Assembly (NCBI RefSeq): GCF_009914755.1
Contig: NC_060936.1
DNA: 64,000 nt
Reading direction: 5' to 3' (one strand)
From: the human T2T-CHM13v2.0 reference genome, Homo sapiens
Below are positions 13,201 to 28,838 of this stretch, one piece after another. The notes below the pieces were generated by a model. That model searched no databases and had not been told where the DNA came from. It saw only the letters and a list, made by a program, of their open reading frames with translations. The position numbers and the translations under genes are program-made. Positions within the stretch are counted from its first letter, which is position 1. Each line of letters begins with the position of its first letter.

Positions 13201-15285
13201 TTAATATCTAGATGTCAAGTAGTTATTTTCAGTGGAAACAATTTCAAGTTAATTTATTTTGATCACCACAAATGAGAAACTTTTCAACTGTGAGGCTCCT
13301 GTATCAGGGTTCTAATATTTTATATTACATTATGGTGATTTTGTGCTTCTCTTACCTTCATACTACATAACACACAAAAACTACATGAGGGAAGAGACTA
13401 GTTCTTATTCATTTCTATACCTCCACTGATAAATATTCATTGTATATATTTGAGTTGAATCTTTCTGCAGCACTCCCTATTAAATGAAAGTCATTAAATT
13501 CCATTAGACCAAATCTTTTCAGGCTAACACATTTCCCCCCATTACCACGGCATTGGAAGCTCTTGCCTGTGCCCCTAACCCCTATCACTGCCTTACACTG
13601 TGTGGGGATAATAGTAGACATTCATTAAGTGTCCTGAACTATCTCACAACTCCCATAGCACTTTTTTTTTTTCATGTGAGAGAATACTCATTAATTTCTC
13701 AAGGTCCAGTTAACTTTACTCTCAACAGAAGTACTTCAAATACTGTGGACATCATATGAATGAATCAAAGTTTTCTCAGTTTAACATTTGACTCCTTCTC
13801 CCACCACTGGATTGAATGGAATTTTATGGCAACAGGACAAAATGATCGATTGCACAACTTATCCAGTGGCTTTGATGGACCCCAACTGATTGTTTTTCAC
13901 ACGTCCCCATTCCTGCTAGCCCTGGGGGTAATTTCCCAAAACAATGCAAGTATAATGATTGAACCACTTACACTTAAACACAAGCCTGGGATTATATCTA
14001 GATAAACAGCTTCGTGTGGTATTTTGTGACAACATTTACAGAATAATGTTTGTAACAATGTAATTTCATTGTATGATAAACATCAATTTACCATAAAAAA
14101 CAAATACTCGCTTGTCAGCATTTTTACCTTGTTTCAATTGAATTAGCCTTGTTCAGATAAGCAAGCCTATCTCCTACAGAAACAACAGTTTATAGATAAA
14201 CTGTGTGAAATCGGGTATGTGTGTGTAGAATTATACTGCCTACTATCATAATTTTATACTGCCACACTGCACATATGGCTTCCAAGCTTACTTTATCTGA
14301 ATGTTTCTGAATCTATTCTCCATGCTATTAAACTGAGCACATTCCACATCGTTCAAAAGTAATTACACTTTTGTTCAGAGTATAGGAGAATGCTCTCCCT
14401 AAACAATGAAATTCTCATTATTAGAACTGGCACAATAACCACACTGGTTTAACAACAATATGCATTATAGCATCACAATAACTTATGCTAAGTTTGACGT
14501 ACAAAGGTAACCAGAAATTTTAAAGCTTATAAAAAGCACCATATAAAAATAGAAATCTTTACCATACCATAATTAAGGCCCTATTCTGTGACTTATTTTT
14601 AAGTAACACATGCATTTTTCTCTTTTCCTTGTTAAATTTTCTGAACAGTATTACGCGCATAACACCATCCTAGTCAAACATTGAAAACACATAACTAACT
14701 GTTAGATTGTAAGCAAAATTTATATAAAGGGTATTTCAAGACATAGCTATAATACAGCAATTAAAATTATTTTGGGTAAATAAAGCATCCCAGGAGCTGA
14801 CAGTGAGCCTGAGCAAGTAAAAGCCTCTCTATCATGTGCATTGAATGAATTCTTTCAGTGTTTAAGGTTGGATTTCATATGGTGGAGGCTTGCTATAATG
14901 TTATACTTAGGATCTCAGGTGTATTTCCAAACTCTACAGAAGATCAACTTTAAAAGACAGTTTTTTCTTCTTTTGATGGACTTCAGGAAGAAAACTGACT
15001 CACGGTGAATGTTGCTTTATGATCATTAGTGTATGTGTAATGTTTAAGCATATTAACATTAAGATATATGACAAAATCAAACTAAGAGATTATATATTCA
15101 GATTTCTTTAACAATTCCAAGAAAATGTCATCAGTATAAACAATAAATTAGATACTAGTAACATATTTTCAAATCCAATAGATCTTTATATGTTAAAAAA
15201 TATACACACACAGTATTTATTTCATAATAAAATTCAGCTGTCTGTAGAATGAAAAACCTAAATTATTTTTTAAAATAAAAATATT

Positions 15286-15584
15286 GGCTAGGCATGGTGG
15301 CTCACGCCTGTAAACCCAGCACATTGGGAGGGCAAGGCGGGCGGATTACCTGAGGTCAGGAGTTCGAGACCAGCCTGGCCAACATGGCAAAACCCCATCT
15401 CTACTAAAAACACAAAAATTAGTTGCGCATGGTGGCGGGTGCCTGTAATCCTGGCTATTCGCAAGCCTTAAGCCAGATAATCACTTGAATGTGGGAGGCG
15501 GAAGTTGCAGCGAGCCAAGACTATGTCATTGCACTCCAGCCTAGGCAACAAGAACGGAACTCCATTTCAAAAAAAAAAAAAAAA
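15286..15584 (+). mobile_element. AluS (Sq/Sx-like)
   Basis: Full dimer with cctgaggtcaggagttcgagaccagcctggccaacatgg and ggcaacaag. A16 tail. Confidence 0.93.
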
Positions 15585-15787
15585 TTACACTGTTCACTCA
15601 ACACACAAGTATTTTAAGGAATCAAAAGAGAATTTGGCTAAGATAAAATATGCTTTTTATTTAAAAAAATGACAACTGATTATTCAACAACCACAGGTGG
15701 TCAAGACTTTCATTTCACATCACATTTGACACTGGAACAACAATCTAACCAACAGAAGTAGCAAAGAAGTAGCATACAACCAGACAG

Positions 15788-15823
15788 AAAACGGGCACCA
15801 AAACGGTCACCAAAACGGTCACC
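15788..15823 (+). repeat. 12-bp tandem repeat x3, AAAACGG(G/T)CACC
   Basis: Units start at 15788, 15800 and 15812, with one mismatch. Confidence 0.9.
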
Positions 15824-17224
15824 ATAGAGTTACCCCAGCTGCTTCTGATATTGCTACTTGATTTCTCCTCAGAGTACTCTATTCCCTTCTGGTGCCCACA
15901 AATACTCATATTGATTGACATGAGGACGCATTCTGGAGAGTCCTTTCCATCATCAAATAAATCCATCTGTATCCAAACTATTATTAACAGTGACCCCAAA
16001 ATTACAGTGATTCTTGCTTGTCTCTGAAATTTTGAAGCAACAGCCTCCAAAGTCAAGTTGAAAAAAAAAAAAGAAAAGAAGGAAAACAATAAAGGAGACA
16101 ATTGGAGATTTAACTACCAATAAGAATAAAGCTCAGGACTGCCTTTTCACTAATGTCAGAATCATACTTTCACATTGCTTTCAACTGTGCGAAGATTATA
16201 TGAGAATCAAATGTTGCTCTTAATTGCTTGGCAAGATTATGAAAGCTTCAGAGAAGGAACCAACAGAATCAGTCTTTTTCATAGACTTATAACAATCTGT
16301 GTCTCAGTCTTACATTGATTAGAAATCTGACAATATTTTGTGAATATATGTATATGTATATAGTGTGCTTAAGAAAGCTCATCTGTAGTGCACTCTGAAC
16401 ACTGAGTGAAATATTCCAGGAATAAATGAACTTTAAGTATTTATACCACTTACAGCTGTTTGTAAGTCGCTCTTAGGCATTTGTTTCTCCAAAATAGTGA
16501 GGCAATAAACACAATTTCAGAAAGGAAGAATTACATCTTTATCTGACTCAGTTTCAAACCGTAACATTTGCATAACCTGAAACCGAACAAAGCATCCTAC
16601 TTCCTCAAAGTCTTTATATGGGAATAGTAATTAAGTGTACAGAACTTCTATCTCAAGAACTCTTTCCAACTTAAGTTTTATACTGAAAGCATTTCTCCAT
16701 AACTTCAAGCCAGCATTACAGGGATCACTCAACAGTTGTATCTTGTCTCTAACCTATTCAGGCAATACAAAATATATACCTCCCAGCATCTCTCTTCTTT
16801 ATTTAAGAATGGAGTATGAATGTCACACACAAATACACAATGAAAAGCTGCCTTCTTTTTTTTTCTTAAATTGAACTCTATGATATAAAGACTATGAAGC
16901 ATTCTCTGTTTTCAAAGATATGGAATAGAAAAAAAGAGAGAATGTATTTCCTTACAGAAATAAAAGAACCTATTTTGTGAATATGACAATGGCCTGGTAG
17001 CCAGAATAAAAAGAGAAATTATTTATATTGAAGAATACTACAAATATATTCAATAATTTTGATACATGAGTAAAATGTATCTTAATCAGTTTAATAATTT
17101 GAATATATCATGACTTTCTGCTTTCTGGATATATTATACATTAGTAGATTCTACTTTAGTTCTAAAATTGCTAGAAAATGAAATCACTATTAATTACTGT
17201 CCTTCACTACTCTGCCTAAAACAT

Positions 17225-17900
17225 ATTTACTCATCCATGTAAACTTAGTCAATAATCGTAAGTTGAATATCTAGTATATGTTAGATCCCAGAAACATAAA
17301 TATACATATATATGACTATGCCTTCAAAAAGGAATACAGTATATAAAAAGGCAGACATGTAAATAAATAAATTATAATGTAGATCATGAGAAAATATATA
17401 AATAATTCTCATGGATGAAATAATAATGCAGTAACCATTTTGCCTTGGGAGGTCAGTGAAAGCATCTAACCAAAAGCAATTTTTGAACTGAGTCTTATGG
17501 GAGAAATATAATTCACCAGGAAGGTAACATGTGAAAATAGAGAGTTTTCCAAGTAGAAAGAATAAAACTGTGCCATTCAAAGGCCATCTGGTATGCTCAT
17601 GAACATGTGTGAAAAGCTTGGCATTACCAGGGCATTGTGTCCACAGTAGGATGTGTTAATAGAAGACACTAAAGCCATGGTTTGATGCTAGTCTATAGAG
17701 ATTTTTCTTTTGCTAAGAAAAGGTGTTTTGGACTAAATCCTATGTGCAACAGAGCCCACATTAGCTTCAAAAGTGACATAAACAATCCAAGTCATTTATC
17801 AGGAAACAAGTCTTGTGGAAGTTGAAAGTAAGTTTGGAAAGAGGTTGAATGTTTGAGATCATATAGGTAACTCTTCCAACTATTTACTCAAGACAGAAAA
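17225..17900 (-). mobile_element. Degenerate L2 fragment
   Basis: gggaggtcagtgaaagcatc...tttgaactgagtctt...ttttccaagtagaaagaa, typical of antisense L2. Confidence 0.5.
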
Positions 17901-18029
17901 AAACAGCTGGAATCAAGAAACATATGCAGCAGAAACAAATTTAGAAACTAATTAAAAATATAAGAGAAAAGTATAAGTGCTGATGTCACTAAAACAATCA
18001 TTTGTATCCAAACTGTACTAACTTCTAGA

Positions 18030-18172
18030 ATAACGGATCTTAACCTTTTTGGGTTACAGATCTACTTAAGAATCCAATGGAAACCATAGTGCTACTCTGA
18101 TATGCTGACATATAGAAAAATTCTCAATTCGTTTTTAGGAGAACTATAGACCCCAGTTAAGAAACTCTTGCT
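18030..18172. mobile_element. Old hAT-Charlie MITE (MER117-like)
   Basis: tcttaacctttttgggttacagatc...gaccccagttaagaaac inverted termini. Confidence 0.5.
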
Positions 18173-18175
18173 TTA

Positions 18176-18259
18176 GAGCCCAGGAGTTCAAGGCTACGGT
18201 GAGCTATGATTGTGCCACTGCATTACAGCCTGCGTAAACCTGTCTCTAAAAAAATTAAA
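18176..18259 (+). mobile_element. 5'-truncated AluJ/FRAM right-arm fragment
   Basis: gagcccaggagttcaaggctacggtgagctatgattgtgccactgc followed by an A-rich tail. Confidence 0.85.
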
Positions 18260-18271
18260 GAGAACTTCTGC

Positions 18272-18388
18272 TTTAGATGAAGTTCACTGAGGAAAGAAGT
18301 TTGTGTCTTACTCAAATCTATTTCCGTAGTGTCTAGCACAAAACATGGTACAGTGTAGGCAGTTCATCGTTTTTTAGTTAGACTGAAT
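18272..18388 (+). mobile_element. L2 3' end
   Basis: gttcactgaggaaagaagtttgtgtc...gtgtctagcacaaaacatggtacagtgtagg. Confidence 0.6.
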
Positions 18389-18413
18389 TCACCATTAAAA
18401 ATGGAATGGTTTT

Positions 18414-18728
<315 letters not shown>

Positions 18729-19218
18729 CTACCTACATTACAGCATCCCCTCATGAAACTACATTATGTATGTATCAGTTTAATATACTTCTCTCATACC
18801 CATCCTTCAGTATACTTAAAATCATCTTCCATTTATCTTTCTGGTATTCTTCTAGTCATAATTATCTACATTCATCTCTGCAAATGTATATGTTTGTATT
18901 TATGGTACTATCACAACATTCCTAATTAGATACTTTCTGAAAGAGGACAGTGATGAAAGTATTAAAAGTGGAAAAGGCATAAGGAGTGATGTAATGCCAA
19001 ATGGAATGTCTGACTTTCTTACACTACTGACCTGTGTACTACCCATTGTCTCCTTTTCCTAGTTTAACCTTTGTAAGAGGAAGATAAAAAGTTTCATCAT
19101 TGTACATAACTTACGTAAGCTCACAGTAAAAAGGAGAGGGAGGAATGATGTGCAGTAAGATTTAACTTGCAAAGAAATAGATAATCAGAATATGAAATAT
19201 GCCTGTGCTCTTGTGAAG

Positions 19219-19774
<556 letters not shown>

Positions 19775-20456
19775 TAAAACATTATTCTTGGTGGAAAAAT
19801 CTTGGAATTGTCAAATGCCCAAAGAAATCTTGACCTATGAGGCTGAAATGTTGAATGGGAATATTTAAATCTAATATGAAAATCAAAGTATTGATCTATT
19901 ACACAGCTATCAGAAGATAACTGATTCTTCTTCTTGATTTAATTCCACATGCAATAATTCAAAAACATGAACAAGTGGACATATTTCAGCTCTAAGTATA
20001 TTTATGACAGGCAATAATTTCCTGGAGGAAAAAAAAAGATTTAGCAGAATTAGAGCTGCCTTTAAAGGCAGTAGAATGTAAGATAAAATATATTTTTGTT
20101 GGTGTAATTCAGGTTCAAATTAACAACACTAACATCCTTAAAGTAGAAAAGGTGGAGCAGTCACAAAAATGTGATCCACCCAAGCAGCCACACTGAAAAG
20201 GTGAGGATGCCTTTAATGGTGGTAAGTGCCCCACTACCTTCTTAACATTATGATTCTATGTATTTAAGTTGCTAAGAAGGACCACAATGACTTATTTGTG
20301 TTTATGTGTGCTGTTTAAGCTGCAGCCAGAGATGTTATGCTGGCTTCTTTCCTCTCATCCACAAAGTCCTGGTTTCCTAATCTTCTACAGTGATCCAGAC
20401 CCTAGGATAAGGGGTCAGAGGATTTATCCAGAGTTGCATATTCCAGAATAGGATGC

Positions 20457-20476
20457 AAAAAAAAAAAAAAAAAAAA
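20457..20476 (+). repeat. A20 homopolymer
   Basis: Read directly. Confidence 0.95.
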
Positions 20477-21001
20477 TTACCGAATTAACGAAACAACAGT
20501 GTGAATAGGCCTGAGTTAGAAATTGGTGTATTCATATTAGAAAACTATAGTCTCTATGAAATATATTCCTCTATGAAATTCTAAGTACTGTTAGGGAATA
20601 TTATAGAGTCCAATCTTGGCAAAGCAAAAAATAGAATAACACTGATTTATCATGTTGGAAATGTTCAAACTATGTTCATTGTAACTCTACCAGAAAAAAA
20701 AACTTTTATTAGAAAAAGTATGACACCAAATTTTCATGCTGAATAATTTTAAATATCTTACTTTAACATTATTTTTATATTTTGTATATTTTTTCCCCTC
20801 TAATTAAATTGTAAGTGTCTCAAATGCAAGAAGTCTTGAAAAATACAAAAGAAACGAAAACAGCGTATCTTATGCTGCTTATTGGAACAAATTTAAAGAA
20901 TTCTAAGACGCCAGGGGTGAATCTTGTGCATGGGTTCTTAAGTAGATGTTAATTATAAAGCAAAGGACTGAGGCCAAACTATTAGAGGAGTAGACTGGTC
21001 A

Positions 21002-21340
<339 letters not shown>

Positions 21341-22602
21341 TTAGGGGCCATTGTAACAGAAATGCCTTTTTGTGCTAGCAGAGAGCAGGAAACCATCCAA
21401 ATACCACTGCAAAGCACACACAATCAGAAACAATGGCCAAGCAGGTAGCAACAGAACAGTGCTTGTTTGTTGTGAGAATAATACACTAATATAGCACTCT
21501 CTTGTATTCTGGCTTCTTAAACAAGAGAATTCACCTAAGAACACTGCATAATGAAAGACCATTCCATTTTAGAGGGAAGAAAAATACCCATCTAGTTTTA
21601 CACTCTGATAGACCTTATTGAAGACAGAACATCTGTGAATAGCAAATACTGTTGGCAGTTTAAAAGAAGAGAAATAACTAAAATTTCTTTCATCAAAAAA
21701 TAGACTCAATATATAAATGATTGCCATTAAAACAAATTTACATTTTATTGAAAGTAAGATTATTGTAAAATGTAGAAATATTGGTTATAAGCAAACCTCA
21801 CAGCAACTGACAGAAAGTTTAATATTTGTTTAAAGCTTATTAAGGATTGAATAAATTTTACAATCACTGTTAATCTTAAAACATTTGAGAATTTTCTTTC
21901 CCTCATCTCCCCAAATTACCCAATTTGGGCATTTAGTTATAATAACAAAGTTGCAAGGTAGTAAAAAAAAAAAAAAAAAGGTGAGAATATTAAAATATTT
22001 CAATTCTATTTTCACAACTCTATGAATGATTTAGATGTGAATAATTCTGACTTATTTATCCTTAGGATACTTAAATAAAAGAAAAAAACCCAAAGAAGGA
22101 TATTTTGTTTTGATGAGCTAAAGTCTACATGAAAATGAGCTTAGATAATTGAACAAGAATTAAACATTTTCTTTGTACGTGAGTCTGATTCAGAATATTA
22201 TCAGAGGTTAAAAATATGTGGCAAATATTTTAAATAGAAAATTCCTTTTCCTTTCATTAAATTATTCCCATAGAAATAATGACAAGTTAAAATATTTAAT
22301 TTAAAAAACTTTCTTGTAGTATTTACAACTTAATCTGACCTTGAAAAAGCTGTTATTTTTTGTTCAACAAACAAAGAGTGTTTACAAAATCATTCATTCT
22401 TATTCTAGACCAGTGAGATGGGAGGCAGGGAAGTATTTACTAACTACCACAACACTTCCTTCATATAGATCACTGATTTTTAAATTTAAAGTGTGTTCCC
22501 CCAAATGCCTCTAATCATTGATGAATAATGTTATTTTTAGTGTTATAAGTTTCAAAAGAAAACATGCATTCAAGTACAGGAGATATTCTATTAAAAATAT
22601 TA

Positions 22603-22790
22603 GGACAGTAGAAAAAAATAAGGGCTTTAGAATCAGACAAGTCGGAATGAAAATACTGATTCTGTCACTTACTAGCTGAGACTTAATTTCTCTATCTCAA
22701 CTTACTCATCTTTAAGGTGAAAAATATCTACCTCATAAGGCTTTTTGAAAATGGACTATGTATCATGTGACAAATAATTAGTGTATTATT
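22603..22790 (+). mobile_element. MIR
   Basis: gggctttagaatcagaca...tctgtcacttactagctg...ctacctcataagg. Confidence 0.75.
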
Positions 22791-24375
22791 TAACACAGAA
22801 TACACAGTCAATATATAATAGCCCGTGTTTATTTAACAGACTAAAACTACAGTGCAACCCACCCACCCTCAAAAAACAAAAACACTCAAACATGAGGAAA
22901 ACAGATTGCCTAGTAAAGGGTTTCACTATACAATCAACATAAAATACTAAGTTTCCCATTAGATAAATGCTCCCTGGCCAGCAATACTTAACAGTAAACC
23001 GATCAGATGTAATAGCAAGTGTTCAAAACAAAATCTTAATAGTACAGGTGTTGATCAGCCAAAGAAACAGACAAAGAGGAGGAAATAGGGGCAGCTACCA
23101 TGTCAGCATTGTCTAAAGGAGAAGTAGATTTGGATACCACATTTCAAGTAATTTTAACTATTTCCAATCCCATGAACAAGGCCTATTCCAAGTATACTCT
23201 AAGTATGGAGAAGCATGTGAGGAGCTGGAGTTAACAAAGCCAGAATAGTTCTAGTTTCATTGGCAATACCATATCACACACTAAATTGATATATTACATA
23301 ATAACATAATAACCCATGACACTAGAGATATTTAATTCCCACTGTTCTGATTCGATGTTCTACAGGCAAACTTCTGATTCTCATGTAAAGAGTTTGTGGA
23401 CAGAACAGGCTTTAAATGTTTAAGGTCTTTGTGAAGTGATTTATTAAACTAATAAGGAAACTTTTAATTATTTCTTAGTTTTGCATGTAGCTTGACTATA
23501 AGGAGATTATCCCTTTGTTATACAAACGTTAGCATTTGTGGTCTGAGTGGGCATTATCATTCTTACTGGAATTAATACACTGGTATTCTGGTGTCTGCCT
23601 CAGACTCATGTATAGTCTCTCAATGTCTAAAAACTCTAGTCTATTGACAAGAGCCAGTTTCTGAGTCATGAAAGCAGAAAGCAAGATCAGCTAGCCTTTC
23701 CTAAGTTAATACAATTCTATGACCTTCAGAACCATGACCTTTCTGTTGATTTCTACTTTATTAATATCATTATTAACATCAATTATGAAAACTGAAAGTC
23801 CAAAAGTAGACACAGGTTGTTAAGGTAGACTGACAAGACATTGATAGTTTTATCAAAACTTCTGGTTATTTCAAAACCTAAATTAACTTTCTATTTAACT
23901 GAGTGTGTATTCTCTATATATAGCATTCTAGAGAGCAAAAAAGGTTAAGGTTTATAACACTGAACGTGAAAGCGTCATGATGCCGGAAGGCAACTGATCC
24001 TAGAATGTCACATATTTCATACTTATTTCAATTCCATTTTCAGAGTGTTATAGAATGTTCTCAATGCATTGGCCTTGAAAGTATTTATAATTCAGGTAAA
24101 AGATTGCTTAAAGATTTGTTAAATCGTTATAATAAAAGCAACCACGGTTATACTTCAATAATAGGCTACTAAGTCAGAAAAGTAAACTATATAACAAATT
24201 ACATATAGATATATCAATCTGTTGGTTGTATTATTCATGTTTACTATGACCCATAGTACTTCTCAAAAATATTGACAACAAAATCACCAATAACATTAGA
24301 TTCTTAAATTTTTGTCCATCTATCAAAGTGTTGAAACACTTGGGCAGAAAAAAGTCTCATTAAGAAGGCACCACA

Positions 24376-24692
<317 letters not shown>

Positions 24693-25736
24693 TTATATAG
24701 CTTACATTATATGACTTACACTAACTACATATCTGTGTTGCAATTTGTAACAATGTGAGCATCTAGGCTGGCGTATGCTCTTATCCTTTAGAGATGATTT
24801 TTATCACTTCTGTGGTGCTAGGCTTACCAATGAACAAAACTCAGACTTCAAAGAAACTGACATAAGACAGACAAATATAATCTAATGTGAAACTGCCTTG
24901 GGGAGTATGATGACGTAACACTGGTCTTAGCTCACTTTGTGGTCAAAAAACTTTCTTGAAAGAAATGACATCTAATTTTAAGGCACAAGCAAAATCTTCC
25001 AAATCATCAACAACTATTTGATGATCAGCTACCATGTGCAAGACACTTATTTAATGGGAATAAAAAACCTATTTCTCGGCCTCTGGTTAAAGAAGCTTAT
25101 GAGCTGGTTGAGAATATTTTAAATAAAAGAATAAATACTAATGAAAGACAGTTCAGTCCGTAGATCAAATGACATTATAGCTAAGTATCTGAGAGCTTCT
25201 TGAGGACCAGAGTATCCTTAAATGCCTCACAGAATTGTTGAACCAGTTGACTTTCAAGGAAAAAGGATAAACAAAAGCCTGAGGATAAATAGACAGGGAA
25301 TTTCATATAGGAAGTAATAATAAAAGCAAAGATGCAGAGATACTTTTAGAAAGTATTATATAAATTTAGGGTTCAAGCTTACTTGAAAAAAAGAAGAGAT
25401 TGAGGAATATGGATCAAATCCCAAATGTAGCCTGTAACACTCCTGGAATTGCTGAGTTACATGAACAAAATAAGAAACATGCTCACTTGTAAAAAGCAAC
25501 TTGCTTTTACAGGAGTCTCCTTCCCTTTACTTCCCCTTGTAGCATCCTGCATAATTAAGCTACTCTTGATAAATGTGACAGTAAATAGAAAACTACTGGG
25601 GTCTTTTGCTATTGGCTGAAGGCTGTCCATATGCCTTATAATCACTCTGCAAGTAGGCTGTCTCCAATGTGTTCAGACATGGATGGCAAACTTAGTGGTA
25701 GGGTAGAAGGTGTAAGACTGCAACAGAAAGATAAAG

Positions 25737-25910
25737 CAGTGGTTCTAAACCTTTGCCTGCACATTGGAATTACCTGGAGAGGTTTAAAAAATACTGATCC
25801 CTGGGTTTTACCCTTAGAAATTCTGATGTTATTGGTTCTGGAGGGTGACCGGGTATCAGAAATTTTTAAAGCTCCCCATGATTTTAATACACAGTCAATG
25901 TTGCAAATAA
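25737..25910. mobile_element. MER5B-like hAT-Charlie MITE
   Basis: cagtggttctaaac...ctgcacattggaattacctgg...tttaaagctcccc quasi-palindrome. Confidence 0.8.
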
Positions 25911-25912
25911 TT

Positions 25913-26684
<772 letters not shown>

Positions 26685-26729
26685 ATATCATTGATTTAAG
26701 CACTTTGTTTTCATAGTTGATATTTTAGT

Positions 26730-27050
26730 CAGTCTGGAATCCTCCTACCCTAGACATAACGCTTGCCTTCTTCCTCTCTTCATTTAGTTTTCTGCTCAAA
26801 CGTTATTTCCTCAGTAAGGCTTTCCTTGGTCATTTGTCCTAAACCTGCACTCCATTCCATTCTTAGTCCTTACGCCATTTTGTTCGCAGCCTTTATAATC
26901 ACTTGATATATTTTACACTTATTTGTTTATGGTCAATCTCTCCCACTATGAGATCCACATAGGCAGACTATATTTTTGTTCACAGCTACTTGCCCAGTAC
27001 TTAGACCCTTTCTGAAAATAATAGTCTTCCAGTGTACATGTTACATGAAT
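26730..27050 (+). mobile_element. L2 3' region
   Basis: tctgctcaaacgttatttcctcagtaaggctttcctt...tttgttcacagct...cccagtacttag. Confidence 0.75.
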
Positions 27051-28551
27051 AGCTACTAAAACCAGCAACCCTCTGATTATGCCCTACCTAGGTATAGCTT
27101 TAAGATTAAATCTTATAGGACAAGTATGCTTCGAATATGTCTCAGTATTGTCAGAAATAAGAAAATAGAGTTCAATAACAGTATCCTTTTTTAAATAATT
27201 TCAGCATAAAGGAATTGGTAAGCTCTAATAATGTTTTCAAAAAACTTGAGAAAAATATTATAGCTCTAGTTAAAAATGTTATCTTTATTTAACATGTGTA
27301 AGTAAAAGATTATAAGAGTTAAGTAAGTTTACCAATAAGCACTACATAGTCAACTACTAATAGACTTATTACTGAGCTATCACCTACTTACTGCTAAAAA
27401 CTTTAAAAAAAACTTTTAGGAAATGTTCTTTGGTACAATTATTCTGGAAAATGACATGTACAGAGTTAAAGATATTCTGCATTTGGAACATTATAAAATG
27501 AAAGACTCAGAATAGGGATTGCTTTCCTTATATAGTACATTCTTTTTTAAGTTTCTTTCTTTAAATATTTTAACCTTTGACTAGATAATACACAAATTAA
27601 AATCCTAGGATGCAGTGCCTTCTACTGGTTGTTCTTTCGGCATGATAATATTATTTATCTTAAAGTTTGCAGTTATATATAAAAAATTGCAAAAATAAAT
27701 ATCTAGAAAGAGGAAACTCAAATTCCAGTTCTTCTACAAAGCCATCCCTTCCTACCACCATGGCAGAAGCAACATTGTCCAATCTCAAACTATATCATCA
27801 ACTTTTTCAGTTGCATGCATAAAAAAATTAAACATTTTTTATTAGTATATACAGTATCTGAAACTACAATAGAAGCATCTGGAAAACAAGAATGTCATTT
27901 TTAATTTCTTCAGTTCCTGTATCATGTAGCGTGTCTTTCATGTAAATTTTTTTCAAGTACAGTTCTGTTTTTGACCATTTCACTTTATGTCACCAAAATT
28001 AATGCAAAGGATGTGACTTTATGTGTATGATAAAGTCCTTTGCAAATTGCTCTGCATTTGTTTTCCCAAATATTCTAATCCTCTACACCAAATGAGACAC
28101 AATTAATAATAGGGCAGTATAATTCCTAGCACATAGTTGGCAATGTATTTCTTTTATAAATAAATTAACGAATTGAATGAGTCCCTATTTTATGCCAAGC
28201 AAGTTACCTTTGTGTCATAAATAAAACACGGCAACTAAGATATGACGACCCTTCTGCTTTACCTTTAAGGAAGTTAGAGTTCTGATGGAAACAGGAAATA
28301 TATACCTACTCATCCATTTATCCACCTATTCATTCATTAGTGGAAAAACATTTAGTGAAAGATACTATGTGCCCGTTAGACAGCAACATAATTAATAAAT
28401 CAAGAAAGAATATTGTAAGGTGCATGCCTTTTTAAAAATATGAGTGCTACAGGAGATAGATAGATAATAGATGATATCTCACTAATCAGAAAATGCTTCC
28501 CAGAAAATACAATAATTCAACAGGGTAATGAAGAATGGGTCAGACACAGAG

Positions 28552-28838
28552 GGCTTGGTGTGGTTGCTCACCCCTTTATTCTAGCACTTTAGGAGACCAA
28601 GGCAGGAAGATTCCTTGAGCCCTGGAATTCGACACCAGCCTGCAAAACTGGGAGACTCCATTTCTATAAAAAAATTTCAAAATTAGCCGGGTATGATGGC
28701 CTCCGCCTGTAGTGCGAGCAACTCAGGAGGCTGAGGTGGAGGATTGCTTGAGCCCAGGAGAGCAAGGCTGCAGTGAGCTATGATAGTGCTTCTGCACAAC
28801 AGCCTGGGCAACAAAGTGAGACCCTGTCTCAAAAAAAA
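28552..28838 (+). mobile_element. AluJ (Jo-like)
   Basis: ggaggattgcttgagcccaggag, gagctatgat and gagaccctgtctc. Highly diverged. Confidence 0.92.

Noticed and set aside
15745-16101. 118-aa minus-strand ORF with hydrophobic ends
   Set aside because: Non-ATG start, built partly from a poly-T run and the 12-bp repeat, with no homology recognised and no convincing splice sites.
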